DNA from: Alphaproteobacteria bacterium
Lineage (GTDB): Bacteria > Pseudomonadota > Alphaproteobacteria > SP197
Assembly (NCBI GenBank): GCA_964291415.2
Contig: OZ219918.1
Span: 1,120,001 to 1,184,000 of the forward strand
Direction of reading: 5' to 3'
DNA length: 64,000 nt
Numbering within the stretch: the first letter of the stretch is position 1; each line of letters opens with the position of its first letter. The notes under the pieces are model-generated. The model did no database searches. It saw only the letters and a list, made by a program, of their open reading frames with translations, and was not told where the DNA came from. Shown in pieces: positions 40,652-48,911 of this stretch. Both the position numbers and the translations under genes were made by a program.

Positions 40652-41761
40652 ATGTTCGACATGAAAGGAAAGGCGGGAGCAGCGGCTGCAGCCGTTTCGC
40701 TTGCCGCAGTCCTGTGCGCAACCACTGCGGTCGCACAGACAACAATCCGCGTTCAGTCGGTGATTCCGGCCACGGCCGACGAAGTCGTCATGCTGAAGGA
40801 CTTCGGCGCGGATGTGGCCGCCTTGACCAACGGCGAAGTGATCATCGAGGTTCTCCCGGCAGGTGCTGTCGTGGGCGTCAAGGAGACACTGGACGCCGTG
40901 GATGCGGGCCTGATCGAGGGTGGTTTCGCGTGGACCCACTACTGGTCCGGCAAGCATCCGGCCGCCATGCTGTTCGGCTCACCAGTGGCAGGGGCCGGGG
41001 TCGGAATCGACAACATCGCCTTCCTGAGCTGGTTCCAGTTCGGTGGCGGCAAGGAACTCTATGATCGTCTCTGGGACGAGATGGGAGTCAACGTCAAGGG
41101 CTTCATGTTGCAGCCCGTGGGGCCCGAAGCCCTCGGTTGGTTCAAGGAACCGATCAATTCGATGGATGATTTCCGCCAGTACCGCTTCCGTACGCCCCCG
41201 GGTATTCCCGGTCAGACCTACAAGGACATCGGCGTGGCGTCCGTGGCCATGGGGGGCGGCGACATCCTTCCGGCGCTCGAGGCCGGCACCATCGATGCCG
41301 CGGAATGGTGCTGCCCGAAGCCTGATTCCGTGTTCGGATTCCAGAAAGTCCTCAAGCACTACTACCTGCAGGGTCTGCACCAGGTGGTTGTCAATGCGGA
41401 CATCTACATCAACGGCGATGTCTATGATTCATTGACAGAGCATCAGAAGAAAGCGCTGGAAGTAGCGGCAAACGCGTCACTTTCAAAGGCAATGTCGTAT
41501 CGGATCTACGAGAACGGCAAGGCATTGAAGGACCTGGTCGAAAACCATGGCGTGATTCTTCACGACACCCCTGCGGACTATTTCCCCGCGTACATGAACG
41601 CTGCCAGGGCAAGTCTTGAGAAGAACGCCGAGGAGAACGCGTTCTTTGCCGAGGTGTGGCAGAGCCAGAAGGACTTTGCCGCAATTGCAGTTCCATTCTG
41701 GGCAGGGGCCCAGGCGTCGAATGCAAGCCTTGGCAAGGCATTTGCAGACAGTCTGAAGTAG
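40652..41761 (+). CDS. dctP: TRAP transporter substrate-binding protein (DctP)
   Basis: Signal peptide; IEVLPAGAVV, YWSGK, FRTPPG and GTIDAAEW. Confidence 0.9.
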   Translation: MFDMKGKAGAAAAAVSLAAVLCATTAVAQTTIRVQSVIPATADEVVMLKDFGADVAALTNGEVIIEVLPAGAVVGVKETLDAVDAGLIEGGFAWTHYWSGKHPAAMLFGSPVAGAGVGIDNIAFLSWFQFGGGKELYDRLWDEMGVNVKGFMLQPVGPEALGWFKEPINSMDDFRQYRFRTPPGIPGQTYKDIGVASVAMGGGDILPALEAGTIDAAEWCCPKPDSVFGFQKVLKHYYLQGLHQVVVNADIYINGDVYDSLTEHQKKALEVAANASLSKAMSYRIYENGKALKDLVENHGVILHDTPADYFPAYMNAARASLEKNAEENAFFAEVWQSQKDFAAIAVPFWAGAQASNASLGKAFADSLK

Positions 41762-41776
41762 AATCTGTCTGAAGAG

Positions 41777-41807
41777 CATCCGGTCGCGGTGACACCGCGA
41801 CCGGATG
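41777..41807 (+). terminator. 14-bp GC-rich hairpin between dctP and dctQM
   Basis: CATCCGGTCGCGGT-GAC-ACCGCGACCGGATG; no U-tract, so more likely a 3' stabiliser. Confidence 0.6.
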
Positions 41808-41874
41808 TCGCGCCCATCCGTATGCCGCAACAGGCAAACGGGCGCAGTCCACGCGGTCAGGAGGGAACGGCGCG

Positions 41875-44130
41875 ATGGTTGACAAGAATCACTCCGACGG
41901 CCTGGACATTACGGATGAACTGATCGCCGAGCGGCGCTCCGGAACACCCGGACAGACGCCTGAAGACATGACGCCGTGGATGCGCACGGTGGTGCATCAC
42001 ATCGATGTCATGAATCTCTGGGTTGGCCGCATCACCTGCCTGCTGCTGCTGCCCGTCATCTTTGCCATGGTCTACGAGGTTGTCGCGCGCAAGTTGTTCG
42101 TGGCACCGACCCTGTGGGCTTACGAAGTGAGCCGGATGTTCGCCGGCGCGCTGTTCATGCTGGGCGCCGGATATGCCCTGATGCGCGGCGTTCACATTCG
42201 CGCCGACTTTCTCTATCGCCACTGGCCGGTCAGGACCCAGGCGACTGTCGACGCGCTGCTTTATCTCACATTCTATTTTCCGGCCATGCTGTTTTTCTTC
42301 TGGGTGTCGGCGGACTACACGGTTGGCGCCTGGATCAGTGGCGAGCGGTCCATGGACACGACGATGATGGCTCCGCTGGCGCCGGCACGGACGGCCATGC
42401 CTTTGGGCGCCTTCTTCCTGATCCTTCAGGGGATCTCCGAGCTTCTCAAGTCTCTCCACAACATGGGTCCGGCACGACAACGCCGTTTCCTGATGGCGAT
42501 GCCCGTTTACGTTGTCCTGCTGGCCGTGCTCTTCCTGGGAACATTCGCACCACAGACCGTACCCATCGGGGAGTTCTGGTCGACCGTGATTTCCGGCACG
42601 GGACTTTCCGGAATCGCTCCCGAGTGGATCGGGGTGATCATGATCGGTGTCATGCTGTTCGCGATCTTCGTCGGGTTTCCGATCTCGTTCACCCTCGTCT
42701 TCCTCGGCTTCACGTTCGGTGCCTGGGGTTTCGGCGGCAAGCTGGTCTTCTACCTGCAGACGTTCCAGTTCAACAACGTCATGCTCGAGCAGACCCTGGC
42801 TGCGGTCCCGCTCTTCGTGTTCATGGGAATCCTGATGGAACAGGCGGGCCTCATGGAGAGGTTGTTCGCCGCCGTACAGCTCATGTTGTCGCGCACACGC
42901 GGCGCCCTCTACCTGGCGGTCATGTTCGTGTCGACGATCTTTGCCGCAGCGACCGGCATTGTCGGAGCGTCGGTGACCATTCTCGGCATCATGGCGGCCA
43001 AGACCATGAACAGGTCAGGCTACAACGTGCGGCTTGCAGCCGGGACGATCACGGCCGGCGGCACACTGGGCATTCTCATTCCGCCGTCGATCATGCTCGT
43101 GGTGATGGGACCCGTTTTGGAAGTTCCTGTCACCGACCTGTTCGCGGCGGCGATTGTCCCCGGCATCCTGCTTGCCGGCCTCTATGCAGCCTACGCGCTG
43201 TTTCGCTGCTGGCTGGACCCGACGCTGGGGCCCATCCTTCCGCCGGAAGCGCAACCCAAGACATCACCCTACTACTGGCTCGAAGCGGTCACGGTACTGG
43301 GGTCCATCGGCATATTCTTCGTCCTGGTGGTCCTGGCGCTTGCCGGAGAATTGACCGGCCTCTTCCCACTGTCCTGGGCGGTCATTCCGCTTGGCTGGAT
43401 GGGCTTCATGTATCTTGGTGCGGTCGCGATCCGCCGCACCAAACCCGCAGGATTCTATTTCTCGGACCTCTGGTACGAGTTCTTCATGGGACTCGTGCCG
43501 CCTTCGGCCCTCGTGGCGTTTGCGCTCGGCTCGATTCTCTTCGGCTGGGCGACACCTGCCGAAGGGGCCGGATGCGGGGCATTCGGCGCCCTCGTGCTGT
43601 CCGCCGCCTACGGAAAAATCTCGAGCAAGTCGCTGTTCAACGCGCTGGTCAAGACACTCGAAATCACGGTCCTCATCATGTTCCTGGTCGCGGCATCCAA
43701 CTTCTTCGGCGCCGTCTTCTCCAGGCTTGGTACCCCGACAATGCTCACCGAGCTGCTGCTCACGTGGGATCTTTCCGCGACGTTGATACTCATCATCATC
43801 ATGGCGCTGATCTTTCTGCTGGGATGGCCGCTCGAGTGGGTGCCGATCGTTCTCATCATCATCCCGATCCTGATCCCGGCGCTGGACAAGATCGGCATCA
43901 GCCTGACCTGGTTCGGCATCCTGGTCGCCGTCAACCTGCAGACGGCCTGGCTCAGTCCGCCAGTCGCCCTTTCCGCCTATTTCCTCAAGGGCGTGGTGCC
44001 GGAGTGGGATCTCAAGGACATCTACTACGGCATGATGCAGTTCATGGTCATCCAGCTGATCGGCCTTACCCTGATCTTCCTCTTTCCACAGCTCGCGTTG
44101 TGGCTGCCGTCCTACATCTACGGAGACTGA
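41875..44130 (+). CDS. Fused TRAP small and large permease (DctQ-DctM)
   Basis: DctQ-like HIRADF N-terminus; DctM AVPLFVFMG, GGTLGILIPPSI and SPPVA. Confidence 0.9.
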   Translation: MVDKNHSDGLDITDELIAERRSGTPGQTPEDMTPWMRTVVHHIDVMNLWVGRITCLLLLPVIFAMVYEVVARKLFVAPTLWAYEVSRMFAGALFMLGAGYALMRGVHIRADFLYRHWPVRTQATVDALLYLTFYFPAMLFFFWVSADYTVGAWISGERSMDTTMMAPLAPARTAMPLGAFFLILQGISELLKSLHNMGPARQRRFLMAMPVYVVLLAVLFLGTFAPQTVPIGEFWSTVISGTGLSGIAPEWIGVIMIGVMLFAIFVGFPISFTLVFLGFTFGAWGFGGKLVFYLQTFQFNNVMLEQTLAAVPLFVFMGILMEQAGLMERLFAAVQLMLSRTRGALYLAVMFVSTIFAAATGIVGASVTILGIMAAKTMNRSGYNVRLAAGTITAGGTLGILIPPSIMLVVMGPVLEVPVTDLFAAAIVPGILLAGLYAAYALFRCWLDPTLGPILPPEAQPKTSPYYWLEAVTVLGSIGIFFVLVVLALAGELTGLFPLSWAVIPLGWMGFMYLGAVAIRRTKPAGFYFSDLWYEFFMGLVPPSALVAFALGSILFGWATPAEGAGCGAFGALVLSAAYGKISSKSLFNALVKTLEITVLIMFLVAASNFFGAVFSRLGTPTMLTELLLTWDLSATLILIIIMALIFLLGWPLEWVPIVLIIIPILIPALDKIGISLTWFGILVAVNLQTAWLSPPVALSAYFLKGVVPEWDLKDIYYGMMQFMVIQLIGLTLIFLFPQLALWLPSYIYGD

Positions 44131-44273
44131 CAGCGACACAGACATCGGCATTCATGGCGATGAGTGGTGTGGCCCGTGCTCAAGGGGGTGTCGTCGGCGC
44201 CATTTGCCGCGATTGCCGATCTGAACGGCCTTGTGTTCGCGATCCCCGGCCCAGGCCGGCACCGTCTCGGCGG

Positions 44274-44876
44274 TCAGATCCTGTCGGCGAATGAGGCGAT
44301 GCCGAGTTTGTGACGGAGGATCTCGTCGCGGCTCAGACCGTGGAGTTCATGGGGAAAGACCAGCCAGCTCTCGGTCTTGTGGATGTAGTAGTCCGGCACG
44401 CGGCCGGTGCGGTTGCTGTCCGGCTTGTAGTAGACCGTGGCGATCCGCGTGTCGTCAGGCGTGTTGCGGCGGGCCTTGCGGCGAAGATGGGAGATGACCG
44501 CATCGATGCTGAGGCCGGTGTCGAAGACGTCATCGACGATGAGCAGCCCCTGATCGGCGTTCACATTGTCGATGATGTACTGCATGCCATGCACCCGAAC
44601 CTTCTCGTGTTTCTGTGCTATGGACCGGTAGAAGGACGTGCGGATGGCGATGTGGTCGGTCTCCACACCGAAGAAATCGAGCAATTCCTGCACGGCAATG
44701 CCTACGGGCGATCCCCCGCGCCACACGCCGACAATGAAGGTCGGACGGAAGCCGCTGTCGAGGATCTGCATGCCCAGGCGGAAGGAATCCTCAAGCAGGG
44801 ATTCGGCGGTGATGTAGTGCTTGTCCACTGTCGCCGGTTCGGCGGATGATCGGACTGCTGTTGCTGCTTGTGCCAT
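44274..44876 (-). CDS. Type I phosphoribosyltransferase (hypoxanthine/xanthine PRT-like)
   Basis: GVWRGG and LLIVDDVFDTG PRPP motif; WLVFPHE. Confidence 0.88.
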   Translation of the reverse strand: MAQAATAVRSSAEPATVDKHYITAESLLEDSFRLGMQILDSGFRPTFIVGVWRGGSPVGIAVQELLDFFGVETDHIAIRTSFYRSIAQKHEKVRVHGMQYIIDNVNADQGLLIVDDVFDTGLSIDAVISHLRRKARRNTPDDTRIATVYYKPDSNRTGRVPDYYIHKTESWLVFPHELHGLSRDEILRHKLGIASFADRI

Positions 44877-45006
44877 GGCCCACGACCTCAACCTTGGAAC
44901 GTCGGGGAGAGCACAGGTCTCTACCACCCTTGGCAGCGACTATGGTCATGCTCCCGATGTCGTTCAAGGCGATCCATCCACATGCCCGTGGCGGGAAGTC
45001 CAGGTC

Positions 45007-45384
45007 TCAGACCACGCGGTCGCCGGCATGGGACGAGGTGACCGCAAACCGGTAGCCGCCGGGCCCGTCGATGTGGAAGGTGTCGTGTATGCGCCCGCGC
45101 TCTATGTCGGTGGCGGTGACACCGGCGGTCGTGAACTCGTCGTGCGCCGCATCGATGTCATCAACCATGAGATCGAAGGGCGCCCCGGTGCCGGGTTCCA
45201 CCGCGTGGCGGGCCTGGCTCACCACCAGATGGGTACCGCCGCGCAACTCGAGAACTCCGAAGTTGTCGCCGCGGAAGATGTCGCGCATGCCGTGGCGCAC
45301 GAAGAATGCATAAGCCCCGTCGACGTCTTCCACCTCGATGCTTACGTGCCCCACCGCCAGTTTCGGTCTTCCATCGCTGCCCAT
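45007..45384 (-). CDS. VOC/glyoxalase family protein
   Basis: VGHVSIEVED, FDLMVDDID and DGPGGY. Confidence 0.8.
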   Translation of the reverse strand: MGSDGRPKLAVGHVSIEVEDVDGAYAFFVRHGMRDIFRGDNFGVLELRGGTHLVVSQARHAVEPGTGAPFDLMVDDIDAAHDEFTTAGVTATDIERGRIHDTFHIDGPGGYRFAVTSSHAGDRVV

Positions 45385-45458
45385 TGCAGTCTCCTCCCCC
45401 AACGCCCCACAAGCTGGAGATCATACGATACATCGAAGAGTGGAGGCCAATCGGCGGT

Positions 45459-46694
45459 CTACTCGGCCGGTTGCATGACCCGGTTCCGCCGGAACATCGT
45501 TTCCCGGCCCGGCATCGGCCGGGCGGGAATCATGCAGGACAGAACAAGCGAAATGGCTGCCATGCCGGCGCCGACAAGAAACACAATCATGCGCCCGTCG
45601 GTATCGGCAACCCAGATGATGCCCAGCATCCACGGCATGGTCACCGCCGCAATATGGTTGATCGTGAAGGAGACGCCGGCGGTCGAGGCAATGTCTCCGG
45701 TTTCGGCGATCTTGCGGAAGTAGCTCTTGATGGCGATGGCAAGGGCGAAAAAGAGATGATCGAGGATGTAGAGCGCAGCGGCCATCCAGGCGATCTCGAC
45801 AAACGCGTAGGCGACGAAGATGCCGATCAGTCCGACGTACTCCAGTATCAGCGCCGGCCTTTCGCCCCACTGCATGATCAGGCGTCCGACCCGCGGCGCC
45901 AGCCAGATGGCGATGACGTGGTTGGCTGCGAACAGAGCGACGACGGCTTCCGGGCGGTAGCCGAACTCGGCGACCATGAGGAACGCGGCGAAGCCGACGA
46001 AGATCTGGCGGCGTCCCCCGGACATGAACTCCAGCGCGTAGTAGAGCCAGTAGCGCCGGCGCAGGACGACCGTCATGGTCTGGAAGCTGGATTCCCCGAA
46101 ACGCGGGAAGAACATCCAGCAAAAGAGACCGAGCCCCAGAGTGGCCGATCCGGAAATCAGGTAGACGATCCAGTAGGGTGAGTCCAGGAACTCGAATGCG
46201 ACATAAACGAAGGCGTAGGCGACCAGGGATCCGGCGGCAGCCACGGCAGCCATGCGACCCAGCACCAGCGGCAGTTCCTCCTTCGACGTCCACTGCATGG
46301 AGAGCGACTGTTCCATGGTTGCGAGGTAGTGGAAGCCGGTCGACATCACCATGGTCGTGAAATAGAGCCCCCAGACCGTAGGCAACAGGCCGGTCAGGGC
46401 GACTCCCAGGCCCAGGACGCTGAGCGCAAGTATGGCGAAGGTCTGCTGGCGCCAGATAAGCAGCGTGTAGACAACCGTGAAGGCAAGGAACCCGGGTACT
46501 TCACGCACGGATTCGAGAATGCCGCGTTCCAGCCCGGTAAAGTTCACCACGTCGACGGCGAAGTTGTTGATCAGCGCCGACCACGGCTCGAAGGCGATGG
46601 GGATGGATGCGGCGAAGATCAGCAACAGGATCTGGGGACTGCGCCAGCCGTGTTGCAGCACTCCCTGCCAGTCACGGAAAAGGCGGCGGCGCAC
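45459..46694 (-). CDS. MFS transporter
   Basis: About 12 TM segments; REVPGFLAF, RRQIFVGFA and FTINHIAAV. Confidence 0.88.
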   Translation of the reverse strand: MRRRLFRDWQGVLQHGWRSPQILLLIFAASIPIAFEPWSALINNFAVDVVNFTGLERGILESVREVPGFLAFTVVYTLLIWRQQTFAILALSVLGLGVALTGLLPTVWGLYFTTMVMSTGFHYLATMEQSLSMQWTSKEELPLVLGRMAAVAAAGSLVAYAFVYVAFEFLDSPYWIVYLISGSATLGLGLFCWMFFPRFGESSFQTMTVVLRRRYWLYYALEFMSGGRRQIFVGFAAFLMVAEFGYRPEAVVALFAANHVIAIWLAPRVGRLIMQWGERPALILEYVGLIGIFVAYAFVEIAWMAAALYILDHLFFALAIAIKSYFRKIAETGDIASTAGVSFTINHIAAVTMPWMLGIIWVADTDGRMIVFLVGAGMAAISLVLSCMIPARPMPGRETMFRRNRVMQPAE

Positions 46695-46697
46695 GGT

Positions 46698-47501
46698 TCA
46701 GCCGTCGAAGCTGTAGGAGTCCATGTCGAATCGCGGCTGGCCTGTGACACCGGTCAGGCCGCCGTCGCAGACGAGCATGGTGGAGTTGACGAAGCTGGCA
46801 TCGTCGCTGGCCAGAAAGCAGATGGCGGCGGCGCACTCCTCGGGCGTGCCGATGCGCCCGAGAGGGGTCGATCGGGCATAGGCGGCAGCCTGTTCGGGTG
46901 CTGTTTCGAGGCTTCCCAGCATGCGCTTGGTGCCGATGGGGCCAGGGCAGATCGCATTGGCACGGATGTTGTATCGTCCGACTTCCCAGGCAAGGCACTG
47001 GGTGAGATTCCAGATCGCCGCCTTCGCGGCATTGTAGGCACCCCAGCCGGGATCGCCGGCAAGGCCGGAGATTGACGACATGTTGACGATGGCTCCGCCG
47101 CCCGTCGTCTTCATCCGGCGCACCGCCAGGCGGCAGCAGATAACGGTCGACAGCACGTTGAGACGCCACAGGCGTTCCCAGTCGCTGCTGGCCAGATCCT
47201 CGACGGTCCCGAACATGGAGTTTCCGGCAATGTGGATCGAGGCGTCGAGCCTGCCATCCGGCGTGTCGTCGAGTGTCGCAAACGCGGCCTCGATTCCGGA
47301 CTCCTCCATGACATCCGCCACGACCGCCGTCACGTTCCTGCCGGCAGCTTTCAACGGATCGACCGCATCCTCGAGATCGCCGGCCACATGATCGACGGCG
47401 ACGACGGTGGCGCCTTCGCTTGCCAGTCGTTCCATCGTCGCCCTGCCGATGCCGTTGGCGGCGCCCGTCACGAGGGCCACCCTGTCTTCGAACCGGTTCA
47501 T
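46698..47501 (-). CDS. SDR family oxidoreductase
   Basis: TGAANGIG and YNAAK; start at MNRFEDR. Confidence 0.92.
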   Translation of the reverse strand: MNRFEDRVALVTGAANGIGRATMERLASEGATVVAVDHVAGDLEDAVDPLKAAGRNVTAVVADVMEESGIEAAFATLDDTPDGRLDASIHIAGNSMFGTVEDLASSDWERLWRLNVLSTVICCRLAVRRMKTTGGGAIVNMSSISGLAGDPGWGAYNAAKAAIWNLTQCLAWEVGRYNIRANAICPGPIGTKRMLGSLETAPEQAAAYARSTPLGRIGTPEECAAAICFLASDDASFVNSTMLVCDGGLTGVTGQPRFDMDSYSFDG

Positions 47502-47546
47502 GGCCTCGACATAGCGCCTCCGGCTCAGCGACGCCAGACAATCCGC

Positions 47547-47648
47547 ATGGGCAATCCTCGTCTGAATGGCGTGCTCATGGAGAACGGGGGTGCCCGTATC
47601 GTCCCGGTGATCGATCTGGTTTCCGAAGCCGCAGACATGCTGGCCTGA
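47547..47648 (+). repeat. Degenerate copy of the 5' region of the IMPase-ARH gene (48870-48979)
   Basis: ATGGGCAATCCTCGTCTGAATGGC...GGAGAAC...CCGGTGATCGATCTGGTTTCCGAAGCCGCAGACATGCTGG versus ATGGGCTATCCTCGCCTGGATGGC...GGAGAAC...CCGGTGATCGATGCGGTCTCTGAAGCCGCAGACATGCTGG. Confidence 0.85.
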
Positions 47649-47772
47649 AGGCCGCAGAACATCGATCATGCCGCTGGTGGTCCCGCTTCCAACCGTCTTG
47701 TGTCGTACGCCCCTGATTCCAGATGATTGGATCGAGGCGCTAGAATGAGCCCGGTATCGGGGGGGCTCCATC

Positions 47773-48612
47773 ATGTCTGATATCGCAGTGCATCCCTATT
47801 CCACTGCCATCGGCGCAGAAGTGGTGGGAATCGATCTGTCCCGGGCGCTCGACGACAAGACGTGGTCAGTGTTGCACGACGCCTACCTGGATCACCTCGT
47901 CCTGTTCTTTCGCGATCAGAACCTCACACCCGAGCAACAGGTCGCCTTTTCGCGTCGCTTCGGCCGCCTCGAGGAGTATCCCTTCGTGCATGGAATCGAC
48001 GGCTTCCCCGAGCTCATCGAAATCGTCAAGGAGCCAGACGAAGTCATCAATTTCGGCCATCTCTGGCACACGGACATGACCTTTCGCGAACAACCGCCGG
48101 CCGGCGCGGTTCTCTACGCGCTCGAGGTTCCCCCGGTCGGCGGCGATACACTGTTCGCCAACATGTACCTTGCCTGGGACATGCTGTCGGAGGGCATGAA
48201 GACCGTGCTGCGTCAACTCCGCGCGGTCCACGATTCGGGCACACCGAAACGCCATACCGCCACCTTCAAGGGAATGAAGATGCAGCACAGGCGGGGATCG
48301 GAGCAGCAGATCACGGCCCACCCCTTTGTCCGGACGCACCCCGAAACCGGCCGGGAGTCACTCCTCATCTCCCCCAGCTACTGCCACCGCATCGAAGGCA
48401 TGACCGACGAGGAGAGCCGGATGATCCTTGACTACCTCGAGCGCCATGCGACCCGGGACATCTTCACCTGCCGCTTTCGCTGGCAGCCCGGTACCGTCGT
48501 CATCTGGGACAATCGCTGCACCATGCACATCGCCCTCGAGGACGACCTTGCCGCCATTCGCGGCAACCGGGGCTTCCGTCGCGTCATGCGGCGCGCCACC
48601 ATTGGTGGCTGA
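47773..48612 (+). CDS. TauD/TfdA Fe(II)/2-oxoglutarate dioxygenase
   Basis: WHTD, GGDTLFAN, HPFVRTHPETGR and WDNRCTMH. Confidence 0.93.
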   Translation: MSDIAVHPYSTAIGAEVVGIDLSRALDDKTWSVLHDAYLDHLVLFFRDQNLTPEQQVAFSRRFGRLEEYPFVHGIDGFPELIEIVKEPDEVINFGHLWHTDMTFREQPPAGAVLYALEVPPVGGDTLFANMYLAWDMLSEGMKTVLRQLRAVHDSGTPKRHTATFKGMKMQHRRGSEQQITAHPFVRTHPETGRESLLISPSYCHRIEGMTDEESRMILDYLERHATRDIFTCRFRWQPGTVVIWDNRCTMHIALEDDLAAIRGNRGFRRVMRRATIGG

Positions 48613-48911
48613 TGCCACGTGCGACAGTGCTGCCATGCGTGTTCGCAGCAGGTGCCGCGGATCGAGCGCTGCATGTTCATCGCGGGCAAGTTGCATGAAT
48701 TCTCAATGAAATCCAATACCACACTGTAATAGTGAAACAAAATCTCTTCCCCTCAACATCGCATGACGGATGAAGCAGGGCCGGGGACCAAGTCGAGTGT
48801 AGAGTTTCTGCAGATTTTGATGGTGCCCAGTCACCCTGAATGCCCGACCATCCGCAACGGATGCCCCGGATGGGCTATCCTCGCCTGGATGGCAGATTAG
48901 GGAGAACATGG

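Noticed and set aside
41976-44294. Very long alternate-frame or antisense ORFs (772 aa here; also 17759-19459, 24477-25943 and 54599-56011)
   Set aside because: They are Arg/Pro/Gly-rich or antisense shadows with no motifs, as expected from high-GC codon bias over real genes.
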